This document shows positions 40,061 through 43,619 of a stretch of DNA of 43,619 bases, in pieces; within the stretch, counting starts at the first letter, position 1; the number at the start of each line of letters is the position of its first letter. This stretch comes from Bacteroidota bacterium (GTDB lineage: Bacteria; Bacteroidota; Bacteroidia; 2-12-FULL-35-15). The stretch lies in the NCBI GenBank assembly GCA_947380175.1, contig CANCPZ010000003.1, positions 1 to 43,619 on the forward strand. The letters run 5' to 3'. The notes beneath the pieces are model-generated. The model did no database searches. It had not been told where the DNA came from and saw only the letters and a list, made by a program, of their open reading frames with translations. Position numbers and translations under genes: made by a program.

Positions 40061-40966
40061 ATGTCAACTACAAAAATGCTCATACAACAATTACAACAAG
40101 GCGAAAAAAAAGCGCTTGCACGTTGCATTACCATTGTTGAAAATGAATTAGAAGGGTATGAAGAGATTTTGACTTCTTTAAAATACAATCAACATATTCC
40201 GGTTATAGGTATTACAGGACCTCCTGGTGCAGGCAAAAGCACAATCATTAACGCTACCATTAAAAAACTGACGGATGATAACAAATCGGTAGGAATAATT
40301 GCTATCGACCCAACATCACCATTTAATTACGGTTCGTTACTTGGCGATAGATTAAGAATGGTAGAACATTTTACAAACGAAAATGTATTCATCCGATCTA
40401 TAGCTACCAGAGGATCGTTGGGAGGCTTATCCATAAAAACGATTGAAATAGTGGATGTGATGCGAGCTTTTGATTTTGATTACATCATTGTTGAAACAGT
40501 TGGTGTAGGACAAAGCGAAGTAGAAATTGTTGGCTTAGCAGATACAACCATTTTGGTTTTAGTTCCTGAATCAGGAGATGATGTACAAGCAATAAAATCA
40601 GGTGTGATGGAGATAGCAGACGTTTTTGTAATAAATAAATCGGATAGAGATGGGGCGAACACCTTCATAAAAAATATTATCCAGCTAGTTCATTCAAAAC
40701 CTGCAAACAACTGGAACATTCCTGTAATTAAAGCTATTGCGATAAAAAATGAAGGCATAGATGAATTAATTGAAGCAATCAATAAACATCAAACTGTTGG
40801 CGCAAACTCAAAACGGCCCTATTTATTGGCAGAAAAAGCGTTCCGATTAATTCAAAATAAAAAAATGAAAAACATTTCAAAAAAGGAATTACATCAACAA
40901 ATTGAAATTGAATTGAAGAAAAAAGATTTTAATTTATATGCTTTTGTAAATTGTTTTTTAAAATAA
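40061..40966 (+). CDS. meaB: Methylmalonyl-CoA mutase-associated GTPase MeaB
   Basis: GITGPPGAGKST, IDPTSP...GSLLGDRLRM, ETVGVGQSE and INKSD. Start reassigned to ATG 40061, downstream of the -7 element. Confidence 0.93.
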   Translation: MSTTKMLIQQLQQGEKKALARCITIVENELEGYEEILTSLKYNQHIPVIGITGPPGAGKSTIINATIKKLTDDNKSVGIIAIDPTSPFNYGSLLGDRLRMVEHFTNENVFIRSIATRGSLGGLSIKTIEIVDVMRAFDFDYIIVETVGVGQSEVEIVGLADTTILVLVPESGDDVQAIKSGVMEIADVFVINKSDRDGANTFIKNIIQLVHSKPANNWNIPVIKAIAIKNEGIDELIEAINKHQTVGANSKRPYLLAEKAFRLIQNKKMKNISKKELHQQIEIELKKKDFNLYAFVNCFLK

Positions 40967-40987
40967 AACTGGAAGGTGTCCTAAATA

Positions 40988-41746
40988 TTAATCCTTAAAT
41001 ACTTTTAAAAATTCTTCTTTATAACTAGCCGAAATATCTACTTCGGAATCATCAACCAAAATAACAAATCCCCCATTACTTTTTTGATACGATTTTATGA
41101 ACCGAACATTTATAATATGAGATTTATGAACGCGTAAAAATGGAAAAGAAAGTATCTCAGAAAAATGTTTTAAAAAGCGACAGATCATTTTTTTTTGTCC
41201 ATTTTTTAAATAAACGTCCGTAAAATTTCCATTGCCTTGTAACCTAATAATATCTTCAGCCATAACAACCTCAAAACCTTCAAGTGTTGGTAGAATTATT
41301 TGCTGCTTTTCTGTTTTTTTTTCTTTATAATTCTCTATAATAATTTTGTTGCGATTAAATAATTCGTTTTTATGTAACTGCTGATGAACTTTAGTTACAG
41401 CAATAATTAACTCCTCAATACTTATTGGTTTTAAAAGATAATAGGCAGCGCTAGTGTTTAATGCCTTTAACGAATATTCCGAAAAGGCAGTAACAAATAT
41501 GGTTTCAAAATATAAATCCTGACATGCTTCCAAAACATCAAAAGCGTTACCAAAAGGCATTTCAACATCAAGAAAAACAAGTTGTGGTTTTAGTTCATGT
41601 AACAATGGTATTGCTTCCTTACTATTTTTAGCTTCTCCAATAATTTCAACTTGCGGACAATATTTTTTTATGTAATTTTTTAAAGCTTCTCTAGCTGCCG
41701 TTTCATCTTCAACAATTACACTTCGTATTTTTTCTAATTGTATCAT
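40988..41746 (-). CDS. LytTR family response regulator
   Basis: Receiver motifs VEDE, FLDVEMP, FVTAF and LLKPI. LytTR motif FLRVHKSHIIN. Confidence 0.94.
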   Translation of the reverse strand: MIQLEKIRSVIVEDETAAREALKNYIKKYCPQVEIIGEAKNSKEAIPLLHELKPQLVFLDVEMPFGNAFDVLEACQDLYFETIFVTAFSEYSLKALNTSAAYYLLKPISIEELIIAVTKVHQQLHKNELFNRNKIIIENYKEKKTEKQQIILPTLEGFEVVMAEDIIRLQGNGNFTDVYLKNGQKKMICRFLKHFSEILSFPFLRVHKSHIINVRFIKSYQKSNGGFVILVDDSEVDISASYKEEFLKVFKD

Positions 41747-43569
41747 ATCTTATATATTACCGGAAATAAAATTTTAATAATGGTACCCTGTTTCCCTTCT
41801 TCGGTTTTTTCTAAAATAGTTAGTTGTATATTTTTATTATATAACTCATTAAGTAATTTTATTCGTTCGATTGTATTATTTAAGCCACGCGAAAGGTGTG
41901 ATTTTTGATTCAAGGTCTTTAATTCTTTGCTCTTTGTTAATCCAATGCCATCATCGTTAATTTCAATATAAATAGCTTTCTCTTTTAATATAAACTTAAT
42001 CTCCAATTTTCCTTTTTCTTCTTTATAACGCAATCCATGCCAAATTGCATTTTCTAATTGTGGCTGAATAATCATATTCGGAACTAGCGTTGTTTCAATG
42101 TCTATTTTATCGTCCACACTGATAGTATAATCAAATTTTTCCTTAAATCGTAAATGCTCCAAGTCGAGGTACTTTTTTATCAGTTCAATTTCATTATTCA
42201 ACGAAATAAAATCTTTATTCGAATTTTCCATAATTCTTCGCATTAAATTAGAATATGAACTAAGGTATTTATTCGCTTCAAGTTCATTGTTTTCGCCAAT
42301 AAATTGGTTAATACTATTCAAACTGTTAAATATAAAATGGGGATTCATTTCTCTTCTTAACGATTGCAAAGCGATTTTTTTATTTTTGTGTTTTACCGAA
42401 TAAACTGATTTTATCAAAACCAATAAAAATGTAATTACTAAAATTATTGCAGCTAGCAGTAGGTAATTAAATGTATTTTTCTTTTCAATTAATTCATCTT
42501 GTAACGCCTTTTCTTTCTCCAGTTGGTTGATGCGCTCTTCGGTAGTTGCAAGCAATTTAGAATCCATTAACGAACTATCTGATTTTATTAATCGTTCTAG
42601 ATTATTAAAAAAATCATTGTATAATTGAATAGTTTTAGCAGTGTTATGGCTATTTTGAAAATACTTAATTAACGCTTCTAAACTTTTTTTGGCCCCAATA
42701 GTATTATGATTTTGCAATGCCGTATTATAACTCTCCTGCAATAATAAAAGGGCTTTCGTATTATTGTTTTTTGAAAAATAAATTTTTGCTAGCGATTGTT
42801 TTTGAATTATTTCAGTAGTTACATCATTCGATTTTTTAGCATCCGATATAATTTGATTTTTTATTTCTACTGCCTTTTCCGAATTATTAGTTTTTAAATA
42901 GAGATTCGATAATTCATCTTTTATTTTTAGTTGTTCCGGCGAATTTTTTTCGGTAAAATTTAATGCTTCCTCATAATTAGCCAAAGCATCATCGGTATTG
43001 TTTTGTTTAATATTTGATTTTGCTTGTTGAACGTATGCATCTACAACTTCTTCCTTATCACCTTTATCTTTTAAAATTTTAATATTAGAAATGGAATAGC
43101 TATTTTGAATAGCTGGATATGCTGAATTAATTAACCGATTTGCATCATTCGAATTAATAGCATTTTTTGAATCGTCTTGTGTTTCATTTTTTGCGGCTTC
43201 GTAGTTTTTTATAGCATCGCTAGTTTTACCTTGCGTTTCTTGAGCTTTAGCAATACTTCTACTCACACGCGCTTTATCCTCTTTTAGCTTGAGTTTTGTA
43301 TATATCAACAATGCCTTTTGATAATACGCTTCTGCTTTAACTGGGTTGTTTTGCTGTAAATATGTTGATGCTAATTCTTCATAGTTTTTGGCAACATGTA
43401 TTTCATCTCCTTGTCTATAGGAATTTTCTATTTTTTTTGAAATAAAATTAATTTTTTTATCGGAAGAAGAACTTTCATAACCAATAGAATCCTGTCCTAC
43501 TAACGATTTAGTAAAAAATAAAAAGAAAAGAAGCAATCTAAAATAAAAAGAATGTTTAAAGGTGTGCAT
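41743..43569 (-). CDS. TPR-containing LytS-type sensor histidine kinase
   Basis: Signal peptide, periplasmic TPR-like helices, one TM, then MNPHFIFNSLNSI, YLDLEHLRF, ENAIWHG and DDGIG. ATGA overlap with the regulator. Confidence 0.92.
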   Translation of the reverse strand: MHTFKHSFYFRLLLFFLFFTKSLVGQDSIGYESSSSDKKINFISKKIENSYRQGDEIHVAKNYEELASTYLQQNNPVKAEAYYQKALLIYTKLKLKEDKARVSRSIAKAQETQGKTSDAIKNYEAAKNETQDDSKNAINSNDANRLINSAYPAIQNSYSISNIKILKDKGDKEEVVDAYVQQAKSNIKQNNTDDALANYEEALNFTEKNSPEQLKIKDELSNLYLKTNNSEKAVEIKNQIISDAKKSNDVTTEIIQKQSLAKIYFSKNNNTKALLLLQESYNTALQNHNTIGAKKSLEALIKYFQNSHNTAKTIQLYNDFFNNLERLIKSDSSLMDSKLLATTEERINQLEKEKALQDELIEKKNTFNYLLLAAIILVITFLLVLIKSVYSVKHKNKKIALQSLRREMNPHFIFNSLNSINQFIGENNELEANKYLSSYSNLMRRIMENSNKDFISLNNEIELIKKYLDLEHLRFKEKFDYTISVDDKIDIETTLVPNMIIQPQLENAIWHGLRYKEEKGKLEIKFILKEKAIYIEINDDGIGLTKSKELKTLNQKSHLSRGLNNTIERIKLLNELYNKNIQLTILEKTEEGKQGTIIKILFPVIYKI

Positions 43570-43619
43570 CTCAATTATACCAATTTGTTACTTGTGTAAA
43601 GTAAATTAAAAATAGAGAA

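Overview
AT-rich chromosomal segment of an aerobic Bacteroidota bacterium. The assignment rests on the SprA T9SS translocon, TAnnTTTG -7 promoters, signal peptides cleaving before Gln, and phylum-typical synteny. It is almost entirely core genome. In order: a 3'-truncated sprA (missed by the ORF track), ruvA, maeB, an Omp28/CxxC T9SS cargo protein, rnc-fabF-acpP, purN, marC, rnhA, an atypical SDR, radA-rfaE2-flippase-panD-panC, an operon of a truncated glycogen-synthase-like gene with a DUF4270 lipoprotein and glmS, an ABC-F ATPase, a small beta-barrel, the accessory half of a cytochrome c oxidase locus (ctaB, two short subunit III genes, subunit IV, SCO, DUF420, a small CxxC protein), gmd-fcl, two tandem RemB-like barrels, a GT4, meaB and a TPR-LytS/LytTR pair. 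I saw no RNA genes, mobile elements or CRISPR arrays. The best leads are the GT5-like/DUF4270 (probable BamH)/glmS operon, the small QCAMC membrane protein in the oxidase assembly cluster, the RemB-like pair between sugar genes, the ABC-F with one degenerate ATP site, and several leader or operator structures. All family calls come from motif recognition; no searches were run.
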